DNA of 62,309 bases from a virus (lineage: Duplodnaviria > Caudoviricetes): IMG/VR virus record IMGVR_UViG_3300022929_000020, positions 1 through 62,309 of that record, one strand, 5' to 3'. The position numbers and the translations under genes are program-made. Below are positions 6,951-16,005 of this stretch, one piece after another. The notes under the pieces were generated by a model. The model saw only the letters and a program-made list of their open reading frames with translations, had not been told where the DNA came from and ran no database searches. Every line of letters begins with the position of its first letter. Position 1 is the stretch's first letter.

Positions 6951-7793
6951 ATGATAAAACCAATGTTAGCACATAAGTTCGACGAGTCACGCATTGACTG
7001 GAACGATAAGGTATTCTTACAGCCTAAGCTAGATGGTGTGCGTTGTTTGTTTACTAAAGACGGAGCATTCTCTCGTACAGGTAAACAGTTCATGAATGTA
7101 CAACACTTGCAAGATGCGCTTAAAATATTCTTTGATATTAATCCAAATGCGATACTCGATGGCGAGCTTTACAACCATAGACTGAAAGCAGACTTTGAAA
7201 GAATTATTTCACTAGTACGCAAACAAAAGCCAACGGATATAGACAGAGCTGATGCTCAGGAAATGATCCAGTTTCACGTGTATGATCTTATAGACGGTAC
7301 AGATAAGTCTTACGAGCAACGTAGACTCATGATAAACCGTTTCTTAGGCGAGCACGCATGGATGTTCTTTGGCGTAAGGCTTGTTGATACCAAAGAAATA
7401 CTACGTATTGAACAAGCAGAGTTCTTGCATAAGAAAAACCTAGAACTAGGCTTCGAAGGCTCGATATTACGTCTAAATACTCCGTACAAACACGGCAGAT
7501 CATTCGGCTTGATGAAGATGAAAGACTTCTCAGACACAGAAGCTACAATCATCGACTTCGAACCAGGCAAAGGTAAGCGCAAAGGCACGTTAGGCAAGTT
7601 CATTATGATGGACAGCGAAGGTGTTAAGTTCGGTTGCCCGCCAGGCAAAGGCTTCACGCACGATCATCTAAAGCTAATGCTTAAAAACGTCAACGACTAC
7701 ATTGGCAAGACAGCTACATTTACGTACTTCCAGCGTACTAAAGCTGGTAGCTACAGGCATCCACACTTTAAAGGCTTACGAGACTATGAGTAG
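6951..7793 (+). CDS. lig: ATP-dependent DNA ligase
   Basis: KLDGVR (motif I), DGELY, FHVYDL, EGSILR, MKMK, C-terminal OB fold. Confidence 0.93.
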   Translation: MIKPMLAHKFDESRIDWNDKVFLQPKLDGVRCLFTKDGAFSRTGKQFMNVQHLQDALKIFFDINPNAILDGELYNHRLKADFERIISLVRKQKPTDIDRADAQEMIQFHVYDLIDGTDKSYEQRRLMINRFLGEHAWMFFGVRLVDTKEILRIEQAEFLHKKNLELGFEGSILRLNTPYKHGRSFGLMKMKDFSDTEATIIDFEPGKGKRKGTLGKFIMMDSEGVKFGCPPGKGFTHDHLKLMLKNVNDYIGKTATFTYFQRTKAGSYRHPHFKGLRDYE

Positions 7794-7842
7794 CATTAAA
7801 GAAACAAAAACGTGACTATGAGTAGTATTAAAGAAACAAAAA
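7779..7842 (+). repeat. 32-bp tandem duplication
   Basis: cg(a/t)gactatgagtag(c/t)attaaagaaacaaaaa x2. Confidence 0.9.
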
Positions 7843-7855
7843 GAAAATATATTAT

Positions 7856-8059
7856 ATGAATAGAAACAAAGAAATATGGGAAGGTTGGACAGTAGGAGAT
7901 TTTATAGACGAACTAAACATAACTTTTGAAACAGCTATGTGGATGTTTAATTCTAAACAAGATGTAAAAGAATGGGTAATCTCAGAGCAACCTTACTACA
8001 AAAAGAATATACCTGAAGTTACAAAATACTTTATAGATAAATATGAAGAAAGTATATAA
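7856..8059 (+). CDS. Hypothetical protein
   Basis: ORF with IWEGWTVGDFI and QPYYKK motifs. Confidence 0.75.
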   Translation: MNRNKEIWEGWTVGDFIDELNITFETAMWMFNSKQDVKEWVISEQPYYKKNIPEVTKYFIDKYEESI

Positions 8060-8552
8060 AATAGATACAGAGACGTTAAGACCTAGTAGATGTATAGATT
8101 ATAAGGTACCATTCTATACTCTGCTAGGCATAAGTACAGTGACAATAGCTGCATTAATAAACAAAGATCCACTTAGAGTAACTAAAACAAAGATCATTAA
8201 CACAATAGACACGATGATCATTAAAGACATGGATATAAAGCTAAACGACTCAGCCATCACAGCAGAGCTAGTTAAGCTTGGATGTGTGTTACCTAACGTA
8301 GCTGTTGCACAGTTTAAAATTGAGACAGGCCACTACAGATCTGCAATATGTCGTGAGAATAAAAACCTAGCCGGTATACGCAATTCTGCGTCCCCTCTGA
8401 GCATAGGAAAAAATCGAGGGCATAATGTATACGCGACATACAAAGACTGTCTTAAAGACTACGTAAGGGTACAGAATAAGTATCTTAAGAATATAGACGG
8501 CAAGTATGCCGAGGCAAAAGGTTACATAAAACAAATAAAGAAAATTAAATGA
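8043..8552 (+). CDS. Glucosaminidase (GH73-like) with N-terminal hydrophobic segment
   Basis: AQFKIETG, NKNLAGI, YATYKDCLKDY, YAE motifs. Confidence 0.75.
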   Translation: MKKVYKIDTETLRPSRCIDYKVPFYTLLGISTVTIAALINKDPLRVTKTKIINTIDTMIIKDMDIKLNDSAITAELVKLGCVLPNVAVAQFKIETGHYRSAICRENKNLAGIRNSASPLSIGKNRGHNVYATYKDCLKDYVRVQNKYLKNIDGKYAEAKGYIKQIKKIK

Positions 8553-9004
8553 ACATATTTTATTTAGACGAGTGCCCTATAAAGGCCGCAGAAAAACAAT
8601 ATAATAAGCACGTAGTTAAAATGGTGCTAGAATCAGCCCAAATGTTATGCACTGCGCATAGGTATTATGGTAATGACGATGTGCCATACAAGATGACGCA
8701 TTTAAATCATCCATCTAGCAAATGGGTTAGGCAAAGTAACGAGCATTACGAATGGTTGTACATCCACATGTTGGCCTTAGGTCAAGAGTATAAAAACAGA
8801 TACAACAAAGAGCATTTAGTTATTCAAAAGTGTAAAGATGTATTACACAAGCTACCACCAAGAATACCTAAGCGCAAGTTCGTACAGCCACCACAGGCGA
8901 TGCCAGATGAATACAAAGATAGTGACAGTGTTACTGCTTACTGGAACTACTACATAGCAGAAAAACATAAAGTAGCAAGTAAAACAGAATTTATATACAA
9001 ATAA
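8549..9004 (+). CDS. Pyrimidine-dimer DNA glycosylase-like protein (DenV-related)
   Basis: MNIFYLD...KHVVKMVLESAQML...THLNHP..W...PPQAMPD signature. Confidence 0.7.
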   Translation: MNIFYLDECPIKAAEKQYNKHVVKMVLESAQMLCTAHRYYGNDDVPYKMTHLNHPSSKWVRQSNEHYEWLYIHMLALGQEYKNRYNKEHLVIQKCKDVLHKLPPRIPKRKFVQPPQAMPDEYKDSDSVTAYWNYYIAEKHKVASKTEFIYK

Positions 9005-9005
9005 A

Positions 9006-9353
9006 ATGAGAAAGATATTATTATTATTATTATTAATGGGTGCATCATTATCATTACATGCACAAGATATACCTGAGTTTGAAAGTGATACTACAGGCAA
9101 GGCAAGTTTAAAGATCAAAGCATTGCATGATCTTACTAATGTAGAAACTTTTATTATGCATCTTTTAAGATCTAAAGTAGAATATGGAGAAATACAAGAT
9201 GGTATAGTATTTAAAATGTTACCTGATAGATCTAAGTTTATTATAGTTTATGAAAATGCAAAATTAATTGCATGGATTAAAGATGATGATGTAATTAAAA
9301 AAGAAGTTAAATGGAATGATGGAGATGTTGTAACAACTAAATTCAATGATTAA
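9006..9353 (+). CDS. Signal-peptide-bearing exported protein
   Basis: MRKILLLLLLMGASLSLHA-Q Sec signal; very AT-rich. Confidence 0.75.
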   Translation: MRKILLLLLLMGASLSLHAQDIPEFESDTTGKASLKIKALHDLTNVETFIMHLLRSKVEYGEIQDGIVFKMLPDRSKFIIVYENAKLIAWIKDDDVIKKEVKWNDGDVVTTKFND

Positions 9354-9365
9354 AAATAAGGGCTA

Positions 9366-9410
9366 TGACAATAGCCTATAAGATTATAACAAGTAAGGGG
9401 CTAATGTCAC
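9366..9410. promoter_or_regulatory. Inverted-repeat operator-like site TGACAATAGCC-N22-GGCTAATGTCA
   Basis: Same half-sites as in the terminal repeat; the right half contains ATG 9404. Confidence 0.7.
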
Positions 9411-10018
9411 AAGATAGAAATATTAAATGGTTGCATGATAGACGTATAATAACGAGATGTTATCCATGGACTGACGTACCAACTAAAGAAACAGGTATTT
9501 ACATGTACTATGAAAACGGTACCTATCAGTGCTATACACTGTTCAACAGCAAAGCAAAGATAACTACATATAAATCTCTCAAATGGCATTACTTGGTATT
9601 AAGGTTTTTAAATTATCAAGAACCACCTGAAGTTATGGATCATGTGTTTAGGTTTATATCAGATAAAGAAAATGGCTTTGTTACTTTTTTTATAAAGCAA
9701 AGAACATTAAATGAAATGATAGATGAGGTACTAAATAACAATGCGGAACCGCCAATAAATAAATCTAGAAAAGTAATATTTAAAAGCGGCGCAATACTTA
9801 GTATAAATGAGAAACTAAGAATAGTTGGTAAACTAATAGGTAGAAGTAAGATAACAGAAGATATAATTTATACAAGCATGTTAGAAATAAACCACGAAGG
9901 AGAAAAAATAACAATGAACAAACTAGCTGATGCTTTGCACTGTACGGTAAGGACACTGCATCGTAATATGTCTAGTCAATTAAAACAAGAAAAACAAAAA
10001 CTAAATGAAGAACTATAA
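9404..10018 (+). CDS. DNA-binding protein with C-terminal HTH
   Basis: ITMNKLADALHCTVRTLHRNM; start 9404 preferred over 9365. Confidence 0.7.
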   Translation: MSQDRNIKWLHDRRIITRCYPWTDVPTKETGIYMYYENGTYQCYTLFNSKAKITTYKSLKWHYLVLRFLNYQEPPEVMDHVFRFISDKENGFVTFFIKQRTLNEMIDEVLNNNAEPPINKSRKVIFKSGAILSINEKLRIVGKLIGRSKITEDIIYTSMLEINHEGEKITMNKLADALHCTVRTLHRNMSSQLKQEKQKLNEEL

Positions 10019-10763
10019 TTTACAGAACTACAACAGGTATAAGGACGATGTAATAGATTCTGTCTCAAGACTTCCAGATCATGGAGATAATTACTCTGCG
10101 TACACTAGAGATGAATTAATTATCAAGTTCATGCCTTTGGTAGAAAATCTAGCAAAGAAGTTTCCTACATCACAGCAAGCAATAGGTACTTTAAACATAC
10201 AAGATCTAATACAGTTCGGCCACGTAGGCTTGATCAGCGCAGTTGACAGGTTGAATTGGGAGGTATTTGCTAAGTCTGAGAACAAAGAGCAAACAATCAA
10301 ATCTTTTTTAACTAAAAGAATAAAAGGTGCTATACGAAGAGCAATAGACATAAACAGAGGAGACATACGTATACCAGAGCACAAGCTAAACGACATACGA
10401 AAAGACTTTGGTAAAGACGAAAAAATGGTTGCTATGTTTTTTAATTCTATATTCTTAAGCATAGACGATAGAGATCCAACAGATCCAATGTTTGACATAC
10501 CAGACAACTCTGAAAAATACAACAAAGAGATATTGAATATATACCTAAAAGGTTTACTCAAAAAATATCTTAATAATAATGAGTATGAAGTACTAAGATT
10601 ATCATACGGTCTTGATTGCGATAAGATGCCAGCAGTTAAGATCGCGGAAGCAATAGGCATTAAAGGAGAGTCAGCATACGTTAGGGTTTCACAGCTAAAA
10701 AGACAAGCAGTAAACAAGCTTATCGAGAACGTGGACCACTCGCAAGTGCTTGATTATCTTTAA
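10005..10763 (+). CDS. Phage sigma70-family RNA polymerase sigma factor
   Basis: Region 2 (LVENLAKKF...DLIQFGHVGLISAVDR), IRIPEH, region 4 HTH (EVLRLSYGL...IAEAIG...RVSQLKRQAVNKL). Confidence 0.9.
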   Translation: MKNYNLQNYNRYKDDVIDSVSRLPDHGDNYSAYTRDELIIKFMPLVENLAKKFPTSQQAIGTLNIQDLIQFGHVGLISAVDRLNWEVFAKSENKEQTIKSFLTKRIKGAIRRAIDINRGDIRIPEHKLNDIRKDFGKDEKMVAMFFNSIFLSIDDRDPTDPMFDIPDNSEKYNKEILNIYLKGLLKKYLNNNEYEVLRLSYGLDCDKMPAVKIAEAIGIKGESAYVRVSQLKRQAVNKLIENVDHSQVLDYL

Positions 10764-10772
10764 ATTAGATAT

Positions 10773-10800
10773 TAAATAAATTAAATTATGTGTAATTATA
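10773..10800 (+). promoter_or_regulatory. Candidate middle/late promoter TAAAT-N12-GTGTAATTATA
   Basis: Same motif lies on the - strand upstream of the first late gene (62143-62170). Confidence 0.5.
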
Positions 10801-10822
10801 TAAGTAACAAACCACAACACCA

Positions 10823-11353
10823 ATGACATTAAACGAAAAGTTAATTGAGATCCAAACTAGATTCAAATCTAAGAAATCTAGATTTAATTCCTTCGGCAAA
10901 TACCATTTCAGATCAGCCGAAGACATCCTTGAAGCAATAAAGCCCTTTTTAAAGGAGTTAGGAGTAACAGTTATTATCAATGAAGATTTAATAACTGAAG
11001 GCTACAGTCAATCACCAATCATTAAGACTACTGCGTCGATTAGTGACGGCGAGCTTAGCATAACAGCTCAAGCTATAGTCGGAGTAGACATGATGCAAAA
11101 AGGTATGCAAGTACCTCAGCAGTTTGGTTCGGCTTCTAGCTATGGTAAGAAATATGCATTAGGTAATCTGTTCTTGATCGATGACACACAGGACAGCGAT
11201 GCAACAAACAATCATCAAAAAGAAGAAGCAACACCTGAAGTTATGAAAAAAGCTACGGCTTATATAGAATCAGGTGGTACACTCGAAAAGATCAAGAGCA
11301 AGTACAAGCTTTCAGCTGCACAGCAAGCAGCACTCGAAACACTAAATGGATAA
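10823..11353 (+). CDS. ERF-family ssDNA annealing protein
   Basis: NSFGKYHFRSAEDILEAIKP; GSASSYGKKYALGNLFLIDD..DSD. Confidence 0.9.
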   Translation: MTLNEKLIEIQTRFKSKKSRFNSFGKYHFRSAEDILEAIKPFLKELGVTVIINEDLITEGYSQSPIIKTTASISDGELSITAQAIVGVDMMQKGMQVPQQFGSASSYGKKYALGNLFLIDDTQDSDATNNHQKEEATPEVMKKATAYIESGGTLEKIKSKYKLSAAQQAALETLNG

Positions 11354-12077
11354 AAATGAGATAATAGAAAAACTCAGGGACGATGTAAATTATTATGGAG
11401 AGTATGGTAAAAAATACTTAAGTAATAGTGATATCAAAACCCTATTAAATAATCCTTTAGCGCTAGGGGAGCCTAGCAAGCCTAACCCAGCGTTCCTTGT
11501 TGGCGGCTACTTTCACACTGCAATACTTGAACCTGACAAGTTGAAGAAATACAAAGTGATACAGTCAAAGACAAGGAACTCTAAGGCTTATAAAGAGATG
11601 TCTGGTGGAGAGTTATGTTTACTACAACAAGAAGTCGATAACATAGAGTTACTAACTGATACAATAATGAGTAACCAAATATGCCATGACTTGATAAGAT
11701 CAGGAGACGTAACGTACGAGCAACCAGGCATTATGGAAATAGAAGGCGCGATGTGGAAAGGTAAAGCAGATATTATTAATCACAGTGAACAACTGATAGT
11801 AGATCTGAAAACAACCAACGACATACACGCATTTAAAAATTCTGCATGGAAATACAACTACGACAGTCAAGCTTACATATATAGCAAGCTGTTTGGATAT
11901 GATATGGTATTCATAGCCATTGATAAGAACACTAGACAAATAGGTATATTTGATTGTTCAGGTGATTTCTTGCAGAGAGGTTTAAACAAAGTACAAAAAG
12001 CAGTAGAAGTTTACAACTTGTTTTATAACACAGAAGGCTTCGATGCTAAACAATACTTTATAAATAAAACGCTTTGA
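11346..12077 (+). CDS. PD-(D/E)XK exonuclease (RecE/Exo VIII-like)
   Basis: LSNSDIK, GGYFHTAILEP, KGKADI..IVDLKTT, YDSQAYIY. Confidence 0.85.
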   Translation: MDKNEIIEKLRDDVNYYGEYGKKYLSNSDIKTLLNNPLALGEPSKPNPAFLVGGYFHTAILEPDKLKKYKVIQSKTRNSKAYKEMSGGELCLLQQEVDNIELLTDTIMSNQICHDLIRSGDVTYEQPGIMEIEGAMWKGKADIINHSEQLIVDLKTTNDIHAFKNSAWKYNYDSQAYIYSKLFGYDMVFIAIDKNTRQIGIFDCSGDFLQRGLNKVQKAVEVYNLFYNTEGFDAKQYFINKTL

Positions 12078-12106
12078 CAAATAAAATACGAAAACTAATC
12101 GATAAA
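12078..12106 (+). promoter_or_regulatory. Early promoter-like motif, copy 11
   Basis: caa-ataaaa-tacga-aaactaa-tcgataaa. Confidence 0.7.
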
Positions 12107-12112
12107 ATAAAT

Positions 12113-12298
12113 ATGAAATTTAAATTAAAAAAACCAAAACCATTAACTAGAACGTGTACCGTGACAGGTATCGTAGCAAACCAAGATGACTTCTACGCTA
12201 AGCAAACCCACTTAAAAGCAGTGGATAATATAAGGCGCAACACTAGCGTTACTAAGGAGCAACTTAAGTATATGTTTAGACAAATTAACAACTTATAA
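12113..12298 (+). CDS. Small basic hypothetical protein
   Basis: ATG 12113 follows the motif. Confidence 0.7.
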   Translation: MKFKLKKPKPLTRTCTVTGIVANQDDFYAKQTHLKAVDNIRRNTSVTKEQLKYMFRQINNL

Positions 12299-12300
12299 TA

Positions 12301-12615
12301 ATGGCAAGTATAATAGCAACAAGTATTGATCTTAACAAAATTCCAAAAGATAAGATCATCAACGGTAAAAAAGGTAAGTATTTACCTATCACGATCACAT
12401 TAAACGACGAGCCAGATCAATTTGGTAACTCTGGCCCAGTCATTGTACAACAAACCAAAGAAGAGCGCGATGCTAAGTCTGAAAAGGTTTATCTTGGCAA
12501 TGTCAAGGTAGTGTGGACAAACGGTACAAATGTTGAACCTGCTCCACGTGATGGTCAACCTATGCAGCAATCAGCTCCAGCTCCATCAGTTGTCGACGAC
12601 GACCTACCATTCTAA
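12301..12615 (+). CDS. Single-stranded DNA-binding protein (putative)
   Basis: Flexible tail ending DDDLPF; next to primase-helicase. Confidence 0.7.
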   Translation: MASIIATSIDLNKIPKDKIINGKKGKYLPITITLNDEPDQFGNSGPVIVQQTKEERDAKSEKVYLGNVKVVWTNGTNVEPAPRDGQPMQQSAPAPSVVDDDLPF

Positions 12616-12624
12616 TTAAATTAA

Positions 12625-14337
12625 ATGCAAGAAACAGAGATCAATGGATTCTTGATTGACGAGTTCAATCAGTACAGCCTAGATACAAAGAAGACTCAAG
12701 GTGTTTGTCCTCTTTGTTCTCACGATAGGCAACCCAAAAATCAGAAAGCACAATGTGCATCTTACGATTGGGAACGGGGTCTCGGGACTTGTCACAACTG
12801 TAACACTACGTTTCAACTACATACATATCAGCGTAAAGGTTCTAGCGAAAGAGTATATGTTCGTCCTCAAGTAGCAATACAAACTAATAGACCTGATAAC
12901 CCTAAAGTATTTAAGTGGTTCGAAACAAGAGGTATATCTCAGAAAACTCTCGAAGACTTAAAAATCACCGAGAGTTCTGAGTTCATGCCGCAGACCGGCA
13001 AAACCGAGAATACCATCAACTTTAATTATTATATGGGTGATCAGCTCATCAATATAAAGTATAGAGATGGTCGCAAAAACTTTAAGTTGTACAAGGGTGC
13101 TGAAAAAGTATTTTATAACATCAACAGTATAGTAGGTTATGAATCATGTATTATAACTGAAGGCGAGATGGATGTGCTAGCTTTTCATGAAGCTGGAATT
13201 AAAAATGCTATATCAGTACCCAACGGTGCAACTCTAACGAACAACAACCTAGACTACCTAGATAATTGCATTGATTATTTTGAAGACAAAGAGAAAATAA
13301 TCTTAGCATTAGACAAAGACGAGCCAGGCCAAATGCTACAACAAGAGTTCGTACGAAGACTTGGCGCAGAGAATTGTTTCATAGTAGACTTTGACGATTG
13401 CAAAGATGCCAATGAGTTTTTAGTTAAGCACGGCAAAGAAAAACTAAATGATGCAATTAAAAAAGCAAGACCATATCCCTTAGAAAACGTTACAACGTTT
13501 AAAGATATAGAGGGTGAGGTTACAGAGTTTGTCAAGCACGGTTTTAAACCTGGCTTTCAAGTAGGTCTAGACAACTTTGATCAGATATTTTCAACATATA
13601 CTGGTCAATTCATTACAGTAACCGGTGTACCATCGTCTGGTAAGTCAGACTTTGTAGATCAAATGGTTGTTGGTTATAACCAGAAGTATGGATGGAAGAC
13701 TGCATTTGCGTCTCCTGAAAACCAACCAACTTATCTACATGCACACAAGCTAATGCGTAAAGTATGGGGCGACATGCCTAGTACAAACGATATCGGCGGA
13801 AACAAATGGACAGAGGTTGCTGAGCATGTTAATGATAGTTTCTTTTTCATTGACATGGACAAGTACGACTTAGACTCGGTGCTCAAAAAGGGTGCCGAGC
13901 TAGTCAAACGTAAAGGTATTAAATGCCTTGTTATTGATCCTTATAATAAAGTAAGAGACATAAACGCAGCATCAGATGATGTGAACCGTTACACAATGGA
14001 TTACTTAATGAAGATCGAAACGTTTGCTAAGAAGTACGATGCTTTAGTATTTATAGTAGCACATCCAACAAAAATGATGAAGAACCAAAATGGTAAGATT
14101 GAAGAGCCTACGATGTATAACATCAAAGGCGGTGGCGAATGGTATGATGCTAGTTACCATGGGTTATTAGTCCACAGAGACTACGAAGCTAAGAACACTA
14201 AAGTAAAAGTATTAAAGGTTAAGTTCCAGAACCTTGGTGAAAACGGTGCTGAAGCATTCTTCACGTGGGAACCTAAGTCTGGAAGATTTGTACCACAAGC
14301 TAATATAATGGAAGAAGACTCGTTGCCATGGGAGTAA
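12625..14337 (+). CDS. Primase-helicase (T7 gp4/Twinkle-like)
   Basis: CPLC...CHNC Zn ribbon; TOPRIM EGEMD and DKD; Walker A GVPSSGKS; VIDPYN; AHPTK. Confidence 0.93.
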   Translation: MQETEINGFLIDEFNQYSLDTKKTQGVCPLCSHDRQPKNQKAQCASYDWERGLGTCHNCNTTFQLHTYQRKGSSERVYVRPQVAIQTNRPDNPKVFKWFETRGISQKTLEDLKITESSEFMPQTGKTENTINFNYYMGDQLINIKYRDGRKNFKLYKGAEKVFYNINSIVGYESCIITEGEMDVLAFHEAGIKNAISVPNGATLTNNNLDYLDNCIDYFEDKEKIILALDKDEPGQMLQQEFVRRLGAENCFIVDFDDCKDANEFLVKHGKEKLNDAIKKARPYPLENVTTFKDIEGEVTEFVKHGFKPGFQVGLDNFDQIFSTYTGQFITVTGVPSSGKSDFVDQMVVGYNQKYGWKTAFASPENQPTYLHAHKLMRKVWGDMPSTNDIGGNKWTEVAEHVNDSFFFIDMDKYDLDSVLKKGAELVKRKGIKCLVIDPYNKVRDINAASDDVNRYTMDYLMKIETFAKKYDALVFIVAHPTKMMKNQNGKIEEPTMYNIKGGGEWYDASYHGLLVHRDYEAKNTKVKVLKVKFQNLGENGAEAFFTWEPKSGRFVPQANIMEEDSLPWE

Positions 14338-14606
14338 AGAAAAAGATCGATCAGTATACAATGTCAGATGAAGAACTAAAAGCTTCTGCTTGGTGTGTTC
14401 GAAACAAGATATGTATAACTGCAAGAGAGTCTGGATATAGAACTGGTAGATACTATATTGACATAGAAAAAGGAGATTATCCTAATAGAGTATTGATAGG
14501 TTCTACAGAAGAGACTTATAGATTTCCAGAGCAACAGAAAAAATTAGCTGAATATAAAATGTATTATTACAAAAAATATGCGGACAAAGTTCAAGAACGC
14601 AAGTGA
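14328..14606 (+). CDS. Hypothetical protein
   Basis: Overlapping ORF. Confidence 0.7.
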   Translation: MGVKKKIDQYTMSDEELKASAWCVRNKICITARESGYRTGRYYIDIEKGDYPNRVLIGSTEETYRFPEQQKKLAEYKMYYYKKYADKVQERK

Positions 14607-15222
14607 AGCATTTGATTATTTATATATCAAGATTAAAAACACTGGTATAGATTTTGATAATACTAAAGCTTTATTTAATGTAGGCTTCTATCTAAATAGG
14701 CCACAAGAAACATACATAAGATCTGGCTTCAGAAAATGGAGCAAAGAGTATGCACAAGCCGAATGGCAATGGTATTTGTCACACGATCGAAGAGTCAAAA
14801 CTCTTGGAGAAATATACGGCAAAGTACCTGACATATGGAATATGATGGCCGACGAAAACGGTGAAGTCAACTCTAATTATGGTTGGCAGTGGCAAAGAGA
14901 AGGCCAATTAGATAAGGTTATAGAAAAACTAAAATCAAATCCTAACACTAGACACGCTGCAATAAGTATATACGATGGTAAAGAGATAAACAAATACAGC
15001 AAAGACACACCATGTACTTACGCAGTTCAATTCACAATCATAGATGAGAAATTAAATATGTCTGTGTATATGAGATCTAACGACTTATGGTTCGGCTTTT
15101 GCAATGACCAATACCAATTTAGCATGCTGCAACAAAGAGTTGCTACAGAGCTAGGCATAGAGGTCGGATGGTATTATCATCACGCTCACAATATGCACTT
15201 ATACAAAGACAAAATAAAATAA
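14578..15222 (+). CDS. Thymidylate-synthase-family enzyme, T4 gp42-like dCMP (hydroxy)methyltransferase
   Basis: GEVNSNYGW, PCT, MRSNDLWFGFCND; Asp at the position of E. coli ThyA N177. Confidence 0.75.
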   Translation: MRTKFKNASEAFDYLYIKIKNTGIDFDNTKALFNVGFYLNRPQETYIRSGFRKWSKEYAQAEWQWYLSHDRRVKTLGEIYGKVPDIWNMMADENGEVNSNYGWQWQREGQLDKVIEKLKSNPNTRHAAISIYDGKEINKYSKDTPCTYAVQFTIIDEKLNMSVYMRSNDLWFGFCNDQYQFSMLQQRVATELGIEVGWYYHHAHNMHLYKDKIK

Positions 15223-16005
15223 TGTATTATCTATATCACATACCCGGTAATAAAATCGGAGTAACACAAAACCCAGAAAAAAGAATAACCAAAGAACAAG
15301 GCTACAAAGAAGGCGAGTATGAAATACTAGTAAAGACAGACGACATAGATATGGTATCTGATCTTGAATTAAGATTACAACAAGCCTTTGGCTATCGAAA
15401 AGACATGAAGCCTTACAAAAAAGTGATTAAAAAAAGAATGAAAATAAACGTAACAGAACAAACCACAACATTCCCATGCCCATTAAATAAACTAAAAGGA
15501 AACTTAATGGATAACCTAGGTTTAAAATGGAAAACACAGTTTGGATTATTTAAACTGTCAGAGAAAACAGTATCTTGGATCGTAGCAAATTCAAAGGTAT
15601 CAATGTATAACCCAGAGCGTTGCTACATATATAACAAAGCTTACTTCGAAGCATTTGCTCCTGACAAGTATGATATTAATGGAGCTAAGTCAGTAGTTGA
15701 TATGCCTAAACCTGCTATCTTTGATGCGATCAGGATGTGGGCAGAAGATCGAGGCATTTACGATAAAGGCGATGAAGACTCAATACATAAAGCTATCTGA
15801 AGAGTTTGGTGAGCTTGCTAAAGCTCTGCTAAAAGATGATCAACCAGAAGTTATAGATGCTATAGGCGATATGGTTGTTGTACTTACGAACTTAGCACAT
15901 CAGCGTGGCGTAAACATTGAAGCTTGTATTCAATCAGCATACGACGTTATTAGTAAAAGAAAAGGTAAAATGGTAAACGGAACTTTTGTAAAAGATGAAG
16001 AGTAA
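15222..16005 (+). CDS. GIY-YIG-like N-terminus fused to MazG-like NTP pyrophosphohydrolase (frameshift near 15775)
   Basis: MYYLYH..KIGVT...KR; IRMWAEDRGIYDKGD continues in another frame as KTQYIKLSEEFGEL...DAIGD...RKGKMVNGTFVK. Confidence 0.75.

Noticed and set aside
246-12106. Repeated motif as a CRISPR array or integron attC sites
   Set aside because: Copies are degenerate, irregularly spaced by whole genes and non-palindromic; there is no cas or integrase gene.
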